From NCBI RefSeq assembly GCF_028641065.1, contig NC_073406.1, positions 13,888,001 through 13,952,000 of the forward strand: a stretch of 64,000 bases of DNA, given 5' to 3'. Shown piece by piece: positions 35,401 through 50,400 of the stretch (position 1 is its first letter; each line of letters starts with the position of its first letter). Source of the DNA: Leucoraja erinacea. Its lineage: Eukaryota. A program made the position numbers and the translations under genes. The notes under the pieces were generated by a model. It was given only the letters and a program-made list of their open reading frames with translations. It was not told the origin of the DNA and made no database searches.

Positions 35401-38400
35401 TGTCCATGTCATGGAGTGAATGCAAAACAGTTTCATGGGGAAGGTTGCAGAAATTGTGATTTAGCCACATGAGAAAAAATTGCAAAGACTAGGAATACAA
35501 ACTACAGCAGATATGGATTACAAAATGCTGGAATAACAGAACGTATCAGGCATCATCTCCGAGATCATGAATAGGTCCTGTTTCGATTTGGGACCCATCT
35601 TCAGACTAGAACCTTTTTCTCTAGGGATTGTAGAATGGCAAGTCGTCTCTGACTCCTGCTCCTAATTCTTACTTTCTTTTCTGATATTCTGATTTATTTG
35701 TTAGAAGGTACCTAGAGTACTCATAAAAACTTTGTGTGGTGTTAATTCATCGTAAAGGCCTGTCATTTCTGTGATCATCTTTTCCCCTCTCTTGAACAAA
35801 GGAGTAACTTCTGCGTTTCTCCGGTCCTCTGACATCACTTGTTCACTTGAGGAAAGTGACTCATGTAAGAGTAATTTGAGTATTCTGCCAGGCATGATTC
35901 AGGATTGCAGAATGTGGGATTGTCACGAGGAGGACCAGGAAAACTAGACATGGATTTCGTAGGAATTCTGGGACACGGTACCAGGCTGGTAATTTAGAAA
36001 GTTGGGATTTTATTGAGGAGAGAGGGATGGCGATTGATGTGAAGGAGTGAGGACCAATGGCAGCAGTGAGAGGAAACAGTCACCAACATCAGCAAATATG
36101 GGGCAAGAAGAAATAAGTGAAGTGATGGGCAGAACAGTGAACAAGGTGGAGGGAGCTGGAACCAGGTCTCATGTACTTGAGTATATGATGCGTTCTGATG
36201 AGAAATATTGTTCATGTAAGTTGTGCCCAACGGTTAGCAAATCGATCAGGTCTCTCTGTCTCGACATGAAAGGTAACCTATTCCTTACCTCTAGAGATGC
36301 TACCTGGAGCTAATTTGCTCCATAATTTTGTGTCAATCTGTCAGACCCAATGTTTACTTTCAATCTACTTTCTCTTTCTGCTCTTCAGTGGGGAATTGCA
36401 AAACTGCGTGGTTTGACCGTGATAACCCATCAGGAAATGGAGATTATGAAATCTTCCCCAATCTGCGAACTGAGAATCCCGGTCAGATCTGCACGGATCC
36501 AATCGCCTGTGAGGTGGAGACAACGTCAGGGATTCCGGCCTCACAGACTGGAGAGAACATTGCCAGGTACAAAATAGAGCCGGCCATAATATTGCACTTT
36601 TATTATTTCATTCAAAGAGCATCAGTAGTTTTATCAACTACTTTATCACATGTCCCTACATTCTACTCAACAGTTGCAACGTTTCTACTGGATTCTTTTG
36701 TGTGAACAGCAACCAACGTGATGGCTCATGTCAAGATTACAGAATACGATTCACCTGCCCTGATTTCTTTTGTGAGTATGAGGCGATTGTAAAATATCAT
36801 TTGTGAATATTAGCTACTGAATTATGAGTGGAGCTGAGTATTACACTGACTGTAATAACTACTCACCTTTTGCTTAGCCACCCTCTTCCTGTCCCTCTGT
36901 TTGCTGATTTCCAGACTTTCCAATAGTAATTTCATCCCCACCTTAAACAGCCCTCCTTCTTTGACAGTCCCTTTGGATGGAGGGTGGCATGTCTCTTCTC
37001 TGGTTCTATGAGTTCTGATGTGGTTGATGAGGCCAATGTGTGGTGTGCAGACTCTTGCACAGATGGGGCAGATATTTGCTGACAATCTTTAAATCTGAAG
37101 ATGTTTCAAACGATAATTAACTGAATTGTTTATTTCTCCTTTTAGGTGGTGTAACCGGACCTCCTGGTGAGTATATCGATCCCATTATAAAGCGGGCAAT
37201 GTTTACAGTAATATGAAAGCTCTTATGAACTTCATCCAGTATGTTTTAATGTCCGCTACATAATAAACAAGTTAAAAAACTGCCACAACAGATTATCTGT
37301 GCTTCAGTGCGACTGAACCTCGAGAGTTGCTTGTAGTTATCATTTTGTTAGAGAAACAAAATGTGTCCATGCCATGGAGGGAATGTAAAACAGATTCACG
37401 GGATAGGTAACAGAAATTGTGATTTAGCCACATGAGAAGAAATTGCAAGGACTAGGAATACAAAATACAGCAGATACTGGATTACAAAATAAGAAATAAA
37501 GTGCTGGAGTAACTGATCATGTCAGGCATCATCTCTGGGATCATGAATAGGTGATGTTTCGAGTCGGGACCCATCTTCAGACTAGAAACTTTTTCTCTAA
37601 TGATTGTAGAATGGAAAGTCATCTCTGTCCCTTTGGACTCCAGGTGCATGCACCACTGTCTCAGCATGAGAGGAAGATATTTTGGGATTGAAATACGATA
37701 AGTTGTTTCATTCAAAAGGTGGTGTATTTTTGTCATTCTTCATTCCAGAGAGCATTCGAGGACATTCAGAAGTGATTGGTAGTTTTCTGGACGTTAAAGG
37801 ATATGTAGATTGTGCTGGAAAATGAACCTGAAATAGAAGATTGCTAGTTCAAATGGCCATATGTCTGACTCCTGTTCCTAATTCTTACTTTCTTTTCTGA
37901 TATTCAGATTTATGTGTTAGAAGGCAACTACAGTACCCATTTCATGTGTGGTGTTAATTCATCGTAAAGGCCTGTCATTTTTGTGATCATCTTTGCCCCT
38001 CTCTTGAACAAAGGAGTAACCCTTGCATTCCCTCTCTCTCCATCCCTCACCTGCTGCAATCATCCTACTAGTTTTACTGTTTGTATCCCCTCGTTATTAC
38101 CTCCTCCAAAGTCAACAATGAACCATGTGGGCTCTTTGGCCATTAGTGCAGGCTCTGATTTGTTCTGTACATTTTCAAACCTCTAATTTCTCTCTCACCG
38201 GTCTCTCAGTTTGAGGAAGGGTCTCGACATGAACCGTCACCTATTTCTTTCCTCTAGAGATGCGACCTGCCGAGCTAATTTGCTGCAACATGTTGTGTCA
38301 ATCCATCAGACCCAATGTTCACTTTGAATCTACTTTCTCTTTCTGCTCTTCTTCAGTGGGGAATTGCAAAACTGCGTGGTTTGACCGTGATAACCCATCA

Positions 38401-41400
38401 GGAAATGGAGATTATGAAATCTTCCCCAATCTGCGAACTGAGAATCCCGGTCAGATCTGCATGGATCCGATCGCCTGTGAGGTGGAGACAACATCAGGGA
38501 TTCCGGCCTCACAGACTGGAGAGAACATTGCCAGGTACAAAATAGAGCCAGCCATATTATAGCACTTTTATTATTTCATTTAAAGTACATCAGAGGTTTT
38601 ATCAACAACTTTATCATATGTCCCTACATTCTACTCAACAGTTGCAACGTTTCTACTGGATTCTTTTGTGTGAACAGCAACCAACGTGATCGCACATGTC
38701 AAGATTACAGAATACGATTCACCTGCCCCGATTCTTTTTGTGAGTATGAGGCGATTGTAAAATATCATTTGTGAATATTAGCTACTGAATTATGAGTGGA
38801 GCTGATTATTACACAGACTGTAATAACTACTCACCTTTTGCTTAGCCACCCTCTTCCTGTCCCTCTGTTTGCTGACTTTCCAATCCTAGTAATTGCATCC
38901 CCATCTTAAACACTCCTCCTTCTTTGACAGTTCCTTTAGATGGAGGGTGGCATGTCTCTTCTCTGGTTCTACTAGTTCTGTTGTGGTTGATGAGGCTAAC
39001 GTGTGGTCTGCAGACTTTTGCACAGATGGGGCAGATATCTGCTGATAATCATTAAATCTCAACATGTTTCAAATGATAATTAACTGAATTGTTTTGTTTC
39101 TCCTTTTAGGTGGTGTTACCGAACCTCCGGGTGAGTATCTCGCTCCCATGATAAAGAGGGCAATGTTAACAGTAATATGAAAGCTCTTGGAGTGAATGCA
39201 AAACAGATTCGTGGGGAAGGTAACAGAAATTGTGATTTAGCCACATGAGAAAAAATTGCAAAGACTAGGAATACAAACTACAGCAGATATGGATTACAAA
39301 ATGCTGGAATAACAGAACGTATCAGGCATCATCTCCGAGATCAAGAATAGCTCCTGTTTCAATTTGGGACCCATCTTCAGACTAGAAACGTTTTCTCTAG
39401 GGATTGTAGAATGGAAAGTCGTCTCTGACTCCTGCTCCTAATTCTTACTTTCTTTTCTGATATTCTGATTTATTTGTTAGAAGGTACCTAGAGTACTCAT
39501 AAAACTTCATGTGTGGTGTTAATTCATCGTAAAGGCCTGTCATTTCTGTGATCATCTTTTCCCCTCTCTTGAACAAAGGAGTAACTTCTGCGTTTCTCCG
39601 GTCCTCTGACATCACTTGTTCACTTAATTTGAGTATTCTGCCAGGCATAGAAACATAGAAACATAGAAATTAGGTGCAGGAGTAGGCCATTCGGCCCTTC
39701 GAGCCTGCACCGCCATTTAATATGATCATGGCTGATCATCCAACTCAGTATCCCGTACCTGCCTTCTCTCCATATCCTCTGATCCCCTTGGCCACAAGGG
39801 CCACATCTAACTCCCTCTGTAAATATAGCCAATGAACTGTTGGCCTCAACTACCCTCTGTGGCAGAGAGTTCCAGAGTTCACCACTCTCTGTGTGAAAAA
39901 AAAAGTTCTCCTCATCTCGGTTTAAAAGGATTTCCCCCTTATCCTTAAGCTGTGACCCCCTGTCCTGGACTTCCCCAACATCGGGAACAATCTTCCTGCA
40001 TCTAGCCTGTCCAACCCCTTAAGAATTTTGTAAGTTTCTATAAGATCCCCTCTCAATCTTCTAAATTCTCGAGAGTATAAACCAAGTCTATCCAGTCTTT
40101 CTTCATAAGACAGTCCTGACATCCCAGGAATCAGTCTGGTGAACCGCCTCTGCACTCCGTCTATGGCAATAATATCCTTCCTCAGATTTGGAGACCAAAA
40201 CTGCACGCAATACTCCAGGTGTGGTCTCACCAAGACCCTATACAACTGCAGTAGAACCTCCCTGCTCCTATACTCAAATCCTCTTGCTATGAAAGCCAAC
40301 ATGCCATTCGCTTTCTTTACTGCCTGCTGCACCTGCATGCCTACCTTCAATGACTGGTGTACCATGACACCCAGGTCTCGCTGCATCTCCCCCTTTCCCA
40401 ATCGGCACACATTTAGGGAAAGTAATAGTCTGTGATTTCCCGTTTTTGTTTTTTTGCAAAGACTAGGACCAAAATGGATAACCTCACATTTATCCACATT
40501 AAACTCTCCGAGCATCTGCCCTGTTTCATTTGCCCACTCACCCAGCCTATCCAAGTCACCTTGCAGTCTCCTAGAGTCCTCCTACACAACTTCTAACACT
40601 GCCCCCCAGCTTAGTGTCATCCGCAAACACTTCTGGAGATATTGCCTTCAATTCCCTCATCCAGATCATTAAGGTATATTGTAAATAGCTGGGGTTCCCA
40701 GTACTGAGCCTTGCACTTGGTACCCCACTAGTCACTGCCAGCATGATTCAGGATTGCAGAAGGTGGTATTGTCACGAGGAGGACCAGGAAAACTAGACAT
40801 GGATTTTGTAGGAATTCTGGGACATGGTACCAGGCTGGTAATTTATAAAGTTGGGATTTTATTGAGGAGAGAGGGATGGCGATTGATGTGAAGGGGTCAG
40901 GACCAATTGCAGCAGTGAGAGGAAACAGTCACCAACATCAGCAAATATGGGGCAAGAAGAAATAAGTGAAGTGATGGGCAGAACAGTGAACAAGGTGGAG
41001 GGAGCTGGAACTAGGTCTCATGTACTTGAGTATATGATGCGTTCTGAGGAGAAATATTGTTCATGTAAGTTGTGCCCAACGGTTAGCAAATCGATCAGGT
41101 CTCTCTGTCTCGACATGAAAGGTAACATATTCCTTACCTCTAGAGATGCTACCTGGAGCTAATTTGCTCCATAATTTTGTGTCAATCTGTCAGACCCAAT
41201 GTTTACTTTCAATCTACTTTCTCTTTCTGCTCTTCAGTGGGGAATTGCAAAACTGCGTGGTTTGACCGTGATAACCCATCAGGAAATGGAGATTATGAAA
41301 TCTTCCCCAATCTGCGAACTGAGAATCCCGGTCAGATCTGCACGGATCCAATCGCCTGTGAGGTGGAGACAACATCAGGGATTCCGGCCTCACAGACTGG

Positions 41401-44400
41401 AGAGAACATTGCCAGGTACAAAATAGAGCCGGCCATAATATTGCACTTTTATTATTTCATTCAAAGAGCATCAGTAGTTTTATCAACAACTTTATCACAT
41501 CTCCCTACATTCTACTCAACAGTTGCAACGTTTCTACTGGATTCTTTTGTGTGAACAGCAACCAACGTGATGGCTCATGTCAAGATTACAGAATACGATT
41601 CACCTGCCCTGATTCCTTTTGTGAGTATGAGGCGATTGTAAAATATCATTTGTGAATATTAGCTACTGAATTATGAATGGAGCTGATTATTACACAGACT
41701 GTAATAACTACTCACCTTTTGCTTAGCCACCCTCTTCCTGTCCCTCTGTTTGCTGATTTCCAGACTTTCCAATAGTAAATTCATCCCCATCTTAAACACT
41801 CCTCCTTCTTTGACAGTTCCTTTAGATGGAGGGTGGCATGTCTCTTCTCTGGTTCTACTAGTTCTGTTGTGGTTGATGAGGCTAACGTGTGGTCTGCAGA
41901 CTTTTGCACAGATGGGGCAGATATCTGCTGATAATCATTAAATCTGAACATGTTTCAAATGATAATTAACTGAATTGTTTGTTTCTCCTTTTAGGTGGTG
42001 TTACCGAACCTCCTGGTGAGTATATCGCTCCCATGATAAAGAGGGCAATGTTAACAGTAATATGAAAGCTCTTATGAACTTCATCCAGTATGTTTTAATG
42101 TCCGCTACATAATAACTAAGTTAAAAAACTGCCACAACAGATTATAGGCGCTTCAGTGCGACTGAACCTCAAGAGTTGCTTGTAGTTATCATCTTGTTAA
42201 GGAAACAAAATGTGTCCATGCCATGGAGGGAATGTAAAAACGATTCACGGGTTTGGGAACAGAAATTGTGATTTAGCCACATGAGAAGAAATTGCAAGGA
42301 CTAGGAATACAAAGTACAGTAGATACTGGATTACAAAATAAGAAATAAAGTGCTGGAGTAACTGATCATGTCAGGCATCATCTCTGGGATCATGAATAGG
42401 TGATGTTTCGAGTCGGGACCCATCTTCAGACTAGAAACTTTTTCTCTAATGATTGTAGAATGGAAAGTCATCTCTGTCCCTTTGGACTCCAGGTGCATGC
42501 ACCACTGTCTCAGCATGTGAGGAAGATATTTTGGGATTAAAATACGATAAGTTGTTTCATTCAGAAGGTGGTGTATTTTTGTCATTCTTCATTCCAGAGA
42601 GCATTCGAGGACATTCAGAAGTGATTGGTAGTTTTCTGGACGTTAAAGGATATGTAGATTGTGCTGGAAAATGGACCTGAAATAGAAGATTGCTAGTTCA
42701 AATGGCCACATGTCTGACTCCTGTTCCTAATTCTTACTTTCTTTTCTAATATTCAGATTTATGTGTTAGAAGGCAACTACAGTACCCATTTCATGTGTGG
42801 TGTTAATTCATCGTAAAGGCCTGTCATTTTTGTGATCATCTTTGCCCCTCTCTTGAACAAAGGAGTAACCCTTGCATTCCCTCTCTCTCCATCCCTCACC
42901 TGCTGCAATCATCCTACTAGTTTTACTGTTTGTATCCCCTCGTTATTACCTCCTCCAAAGTCAACAATGAACCATGTGGGCTCTTTGGCCATTAGTGCAG
43001 GCTCTGATTTGTTCTGTACATTTTCAAACCTCTAATTTCTCTCTCACCAGTCTCTCAGTTTGAGGAAGGGTCTCGACATGAACCGTCACCTATTTCTTTC
43101 CTCTAGAGATGCGACCTGCCGAGCTAATTTGCTGCAACATGCTGTGTCAATCCATCAGACCCAATGTTCACTTTGAATCTACTTTCTCTTTCTGCTCTTC
43201 TTCAGTGGGGAATTGCAAAACTGCGTGGTTTGACCGTGATAACCCATCAGGAAATGGAGATTATGAAATCTTCCCCAATCTGCGAACTGAGAATCCCGGT
43301 CAGATCTGCATGGATCCGATCGCCTGTGAGGTGGAGACAACATCAGGGATTCCGGCCTCACAGACTGGAGAGAACATTGCCAGGTACAAAATAGAGCCAG
43401 CCATATTATAGCACTTTTATTATTTCATTTAAAGTGCATCAGAGGTTTTATCAACAACTTTATCATATGTCCCTACATTCTACTCAACAGTTGCAACGTT
43501 TCTACTGGATTCTTTTGTGTGAACAGCAACCAACGTGATCGCGCATGTCAAGATTACAGAATACGATTCACCTGCCCTGATTCCTTTTGTAAGTATGAGG
43601 CAATTGTAAAAACATATTTGTGAATATTAGCTACTGAATTATGAGTGGAGCTGATTATAACACAGACTGTAATAACAACTCACACTTTGCTTAGCCACCC
43701 TCTTCCTGTCCCCCTGTTTGCTGATTTCCAGACTTTCCAATAGTAAATTCATCCCCATCTTAAACACTCCTCTTTCTTTGACAGTCCCTTTGGATGGAGT
43801 GTGGCATGTTTCTTCTCTGGTTCTTTGAGTTCTGATGTGGTTGATGAGGCTAACGTGTGGTGTGCAGACTCTAGCATAGATGGGGCAGATATCTGCTGAC
43901 AATCATTAAATCTGAACATGTTTCAAATGATAATTAACTGAATTGTTTGTTTCTCCTTTTAGGTGGTGTTACCGAACCTCCTGGTGAGTATATCGATCCC
44001 ATTATAAAGCGGGCAATGTTAACAGTAATATGAAAGCTCTTATGAGTTTCATACAGTATGTTTTAATGTCCGCTACATAATAACTAAGTTAAAACAGATT
44101 ATAGGCGCTTCAGTGCGACTGAACCTCAAGAGTTGCTTGTAGTTATCAGCTTATTAAGGAAACAAAATGTGTCCATGTCATGGAGTGAATGCAAAACAGA
44201 TTCATGGGAAAGGTAACAGAAATTGTGATTTAGCCACATGAGAAGAAATTGCAAAGACTAGGAATACAAACTACAGCAGATATGGATTACAAAATGCTGG
44301 AATAACAGAACGTATCAGGCATCATCTCCGAGATCATGAATAGGTCCTGTTTCGATTCGGGACCCATCTTCAGACTAGAACCTTTTTCTCTAGGGATTGT

Positions 44401-47400
44401 AGAATGGAAAGTCGTCTCTGACTCCTGCTCCTAATTCTAACTTTCTTTTGTGATATTCTGTTTTATTTGTTAGAAGGTAACTAGAGTACTCGTAAAAACT
44501 TTGTGTGGTGTTAATTCATCGTAAAGGCCTGTCATTTCTGTGATCATCTTTTCCCCTCTCTTGAACAAAGGAGTAACTTCTGCGTTTCTCCGGTCCTCTG
44601 ACATCACTTGTTCACTTGAGGAAAGTGACTCACGTAAGAGTAATTTGAGTATTCTGCCAGGCATGATTCAGGATTGCAGAATGTGGGATTGTCACGAGGA
44701 GGACCAGGAAAACTAGACATGGATTTTGTAGGAATTCTGGGACATGGTACCAGGCTGGTAATTTATAAAGTTGGGATTTTATTGAGGAGAGAGGGATGGC
44801 GATTGATGTGAAGGGGTCAGGACCAATTGCAGCAGTGAGAGGAAACAGTCACCAACATCAGCAAATATGGGGCAAGAAGAAATAAGTGAAGTGATGGGCA
44901 GAACAGTGAACAAGGTGGAGGGAGCTGGAACTAGGTCTCATGTACTTGAGTATATGATGCGTTCTGAGGAGAAATATTGTTCATGTAAGTTGTGCCCAAC
45001 GGTTAGCAAATCGATCAGGTCTCTCTGTCTCGACATGAAAGGTAACCTATTCCTTACCTCTAGAGATGCTACCTGGAGCTAATTTGCTCCATAATTTTGT
45101 GTCAATCTGTCAGACCCAATGTTTACTTTCAATCTACTTTCTCTTTCTGCTCTTCAGTAGGGAATTGCAAAACTGCATGGTTTGACCGTGATAACCCATC
45201 AGGAAATGGAGATTATGAAATCTTCCCCAATCTGCGAACTGAGAATCCCGGTCAGATCTGCACGGATCCAATCGCCTGTGAGGTGGAGACAACGTCAGGG
45301 ATTCCGGCCTCACAGACTGGAGAGAACATTGCCAGGTACAAAATATAGCCGACCATAATATTGCACTTTTATTATTTCATTCAAAGAGCATCAGTAGTTT
45401 TATCAACAACTTTATCACACCTCCCTACATTCTACTCAACAGTTGCAACATTTCTACTGGATTCTTTTGTGTGAACAGCAACCAACGTGATGGCTCATGT
45501 CAAGATTACAGAATACAATTCACCTGCCCCGATTCCTTTTGTGAGTATGAGGCGATTGTAAAATATCATTTGTGAATATTAGTTACTGAATTATGAATGG
45601 AGCTGATTATAACACAGACTGTAATAACTACTCACCTTTTGCTTAGCCACCCTCTTCCTGTCCCTCTGTTTGCTGATTTCCAGACTTTCCAATAGTAAAT
45701 TCATCCCCATCTTAAACACTCCTCTTTCTTTGACAGTCCCTTTGGATGGAGTGTGGCATGTTTCTTCTCTGGTTCTTTGAGTTCTGATGTGGTTGATGAG
45801 GCTAACGTGTGGTGTGCAGACTCTTGCATAGATGGGGCAGATATCTGCTGACAATCATTAAATCTGAACATGTTTCAAATGATAATTAACTGAATTGTTT
45901 TGTTTCTCCTTTTAGGTGGTGTTACCGAACCTCCTGGTGAGTATATCGCTCCCATGATAAAGAGGGCAATGTTAACAGTAATATGAAAGCTCTTATGAAC
46001 TTCATCCAGTATGTTTAAATGTCCGCTACATAATAAACAAGTTAAAAAACTGCCACAACAGATTATCTGCAAGAAATTGCAAGGACTAGGAATACAAAGT
46101 ACAGCAGATACTGGATTTCAAAATAAGAAATAAAGTGCTGGAGTAACTGATCATGTCAGGCATCATCTCTGGGATCATGAATAGGTGATGTTTCGAGTCG
46201 GGACCCATCTTCAGACTAGAAACTTTTTCTCTAATGATTGTAGAATGGAAAGTCATCTCTGTCCCTTTGGACTCCAGGTGCATGCACCACTGTCTCAGCA
46301 TGTGAGGAAGATATTTTGGGATTAAAATACGATAAGTTGTTTCATTCAGAAGGTGGTGTATTTTTGTCATTCTTCATTCCAGAGAGCATTCGAGGACATT
46401 CAGAAGTGATTGGTAGTTTTCTGGACGTTAAAGGATATGTAGATTGTGCTGGAAAATGAACCTGAAATAGAAGATTGCTAGTTCAAATGGCCATATGTCT
46501 GACTCCTGTTCCTAATTCTTACTTTCTTTTCTGATATTCAGATTTATGTGTTAGAAGGCAACTACAGTACCCATTTCATGTGTGGTGTTAATTCATCGTA
46601 AAGGCCTGTCATTTTTGTGATCATCTTTGCCACTCTCTTGAGCAAAGGAGTAACCCTTGCATTCCCTCTCTCTCCATCCCTCACCTGCTGCAATCATCCT
46701 ACTAGTTTTACTGTTTGTATCCCCTCGTTATTACCTCCTCCAAAGTCAACAATGAACCATGTGGGCTCTTTGACCATTAGTGCAGGCTCTGATTTGTTCT
46801 GTACATTTTCAAACGTCTAATTTCTCTCTCACCGGTCTCTCAGTTTGAGGAAGGGTCTCGACATGAACCGTCACCTATTTCTTAGCTACTGAATTATGAA
46901 TGGAGCTGATTATTACACAGACTGTAACAACTACTCACCTTTTGCTTAGCCACCCTCTTCCTGTCCCTCTGTTTGATGACTTTCCAATAGTAAATTCATC
47001 CCCATCTTAAACACTCCTCCTTCTTTGACAGTTCCTTTAGATGGAGGGTGGCATGTCTCTTCTCTGGTTCTACTAGTTCTGTTGTGGTTGATGAGGCTAA
47101 CGTGTGGTCTGCAGACTTTTGCACAGATGGGGCAGATATCTGCTGACAATCATTAAATCTCAACATGTTTCAAATGATAATTAACTGAATTGTTTTGTTT
47201 CTCCTTTTAGGTGGTGTTACCGAACCTCCTGGTGAGTATATCGCTCCCATGATAAAGAGGGCAATGTTAACAGTAATATGAAAGCTCTTATGAACTTCAT
47301 CCAGTGTGTTTAAATGTCCGCTACATAATAAACAAGTTAAAAAACTGCCACAACAGATTATAGGCGCTTCAATGCGACTGAACCTCAAGAGTTGCTTGTA

Positions 47401-50400
47401 GTTATCATCTTGTTAAGGAAACAAATTGTGTCCATGCCATGGAGGGAATGCAAAACAGATTGACGGGATAGGTAACAGAAATTGTGATTTAGCCACATGA
47501 GAAGAAATTGCAAGTATTAGTAATACAAAGTACAGTAGATACTGGATTACAAAATGAGAAATAAAGTGCTGGAGTAACTGATCATGTCAGGCATCATCTC
47601 TGGGATCATGAATAGGTGATATTTCGAGTCGGGACCATTCTTCAGACTAGAACATGTTTCTCCAGGGATTGTAGAATGGAAAGTCATCTCTGTCCCTTTG
47701 GACTCCAGGTGCATGCACCACTGTCTCAGCATGAGAGGAAGATATTTTGGGATTGAAATACGATAAGTTGTTTCACTCAGAAGGTGGTGTATTTTTGACA
47801 TTCTTGATTCCAGAGAGCATTTGAGGACATTCAGAAGTGATTGTTAGTTTTCTGGACGTTAAAGGATATGTAGATTGTGCTGGAAAATGGACCTGAAATA
47901 GACGATTGCTAGTTCAAATGGCCACATGTCTGACTCCTGTTCCTAATTCTTACTTTCTTTTCTGATATTCTGATTGATGTGTTAGAAGGCAACTACAGTA
48001 CCCATTTCATGTGTGGTGTTAATTCATCGTAAAGGCCTGTCATTTTTGTGATCATCTTTGCCCCTCTCTTGAACAAAGGAGTAACCCTTGCATTCCCTCT
48101 CTCTCCATCCCTCACCTGCTGCAATCATCCTACTAGTTTTACTGTTTGTATCCCCTCGTTATTACCTCCTCCAAAGTCAACAATGAACCATGTGGGCTCT
48201 TTGGCCATTAGTGCAGGCTCTGATTTATTCTGTACATTTTCAAACCTCTAATTTCTCTCTCACCGGTCTCTCAGTTTGAGGAAGGGTCTCGACATGAACC
48301 GTCACCTATTTCTTTCCTCTAGAGATGCGACCTGCCGAGCTAATTTGCTGCAACATGTTGTGTCAATCCATCAGACCCAATGTTCACTTTGAATCTACTT
48401 TCTCTTTCTGCTCTTCTTCAGTGGGGAATTGCAAAACTGCGTGGTTTGACCGTGATAACCCATCAGGAAATGGAGATTATGAAATCTTCCCCAATCTGCG
48501 AACTGAGAATCCCGGTCAGATCTGCATGGATCCGATCGCCTGTGAGGTGGAGACAACATCAGGGATTCCGGCCTCACAGACTGGAGAGAACATTGCCAGG
48601 TACAAAATAGAGCCAGCCATATTATAGCACTTTTATTATTTCATTTAAAGTGCATCAGAGGTTTTATCAACAACTTTATCATATGTCCCTACATTCTACT
48701 CAACAGTTGCAACGTTTCTACTGGATTCTTTTGTGTGAACAGCAACCAACGTGATCGCGCATGTCAAGATTACAGAATACGATTCACCTGCCCTGATTCC
48801 TTTTGTAAGTATGAGGCAATTGTAAAATATCATTTGTGAATATTAGCTACTGAATTATGAGTGGAGCTGATTATAACACAGACTGTAATAACAACTCACA
48901 CTTTGCTTAGCCACCCTCTTCCTGTCCCCCTGTTTGCTGATTTCCAGACTTTACAATAGTAAATTCATTCCCATCTTAAACACTCCTCTTTCTTTGACAG
49001 TCCCTTTGGATGGAGTGTGGCATGTTTCTTCTCTGGTTCTTTGAGTTCTGATGTGGTTGATGAGGCTAACGTGTGGTGTGCAGACTCTAGCATAGACGGG
49101 GCAGATATCTGCTGACAATCATTAAATCTGAACATGTTTCAAATGATAATTAACTGAATTGTTTGTTTCTCCATTTAGGTGGTGTTACCGAACCTCCTGG
49201 TGAGTATATCGATCCCATTATAAAGCGGGCAATGTTAACAGTAATATGAAAGCTCTTATGAGTTTCATACAGTATGTTTTAAAGTCCGCTACATAATAAC
49301 TAACTTAAAACAGATTATAGGCGCTTCAGTGCGACTGAACCTCAAGCGTTGCTTGTAGTTATCAGCTTATTAAGGAAACAAAATGTGTCCATGCCATGGA
49401 GTGAATGCAAAACAGATTCATGGGGAAGGTAACAGAAATTGTGATTTAGCCACATGAGAAGAAATTGCAAAGACTAGGAATACAAACTACAGCAGATATG
49501 GATTACAAAATGCTGGAATAACAGAACGTATCAGGCATCATCTCCGAGATCATGAATAGGTCCTGTTTCGATTCGGGACCCATCTTCAGACTAGAACCTT
49601 TTTCTCTAGGGATTGTAGAATGGGAAGTCGTCTCTGACTCCTGCTCCTAATTCTAACTTTCTTTTCTGATATTCTGATTTATTTGTTAGAAGGTAACTAG
49701 AGTACTCATAAAAACTTTGTGTGGTGTTAATTCATCGTAAAGGCCTGTCATTTCTGTGATCATCTTTTCCCCTCTCTTGAACAAAGGAGTAACTTCTGCG
49801 TTTCTCCGGTCCTCTGACATCACTTGTTCACTTGAGGAAAGTGACTCACGTAAGAGTAATTTGAGTATTCTGCCAGGCATGATTCAGGATTGCAGAATGT
49901 GGGATTGTCACGAGGAGGACCAGGAAAACTAGACATGGATTTTGTAGGAATTCTGGGACATGGTACCAGGCTGGTAATTTATAAAGTTGGGATTTTATTG
50001 AGGAGAGAGGGATGGCGATTGATGTGAAGGGGTCAGGACCAATGGCAGCAGTGAGAGGAAACAGTCACCAACATCAGCAAATATGGGGCAAGAAGAAATA
50101 AGTGAAGTGATGGGCAGAACAGTGAACAAGGTGGAGGGAGCTGGAACTAGGTCTCATGTACTTGAGTATATGATGCGTTCTGAGGAGAAATATTGTTCAT
50201 GTAAGTTGTGCCCAACGGTTAGCAAATCGATCAGGTCTCTCTGTCTCGACATGAAAGGTAACCTATTCCTTACCTCTAGAGATGCTACCTGGAGCTAATT
50301 TGCTCCATAATTTTGTGTCAATCTGTCAGACCCAATGTTTACTTTCAATCTACTTTCTCTTTCTGCTCTTCAGTAGGGAATTGCAAAACTGCGTGGTTTG

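Noticed and set aside
33561-36313. Recurrent ORFs MTKIHH.., MIIFAP.., MPGRIL.. and MGQEE..
   Set aside because: Chance frames in duplicated, TE-derived intron sequence. They recur because the DNA is near-identical, not because of protein-level conservation.
36822-37085. Repeated minus-strand ORF with a C2H2-like motif ([21 protein letters not shown]) in each unit, suggesting an antisense zinc-finger gene
   Set aside because: It resembles the C-terminal CxxC..HxxxH tail of RTE-clade LINE ORF2. Copies are broken or frameshifted in several units, which fits a decayed intronic TE co-amplified with the array.
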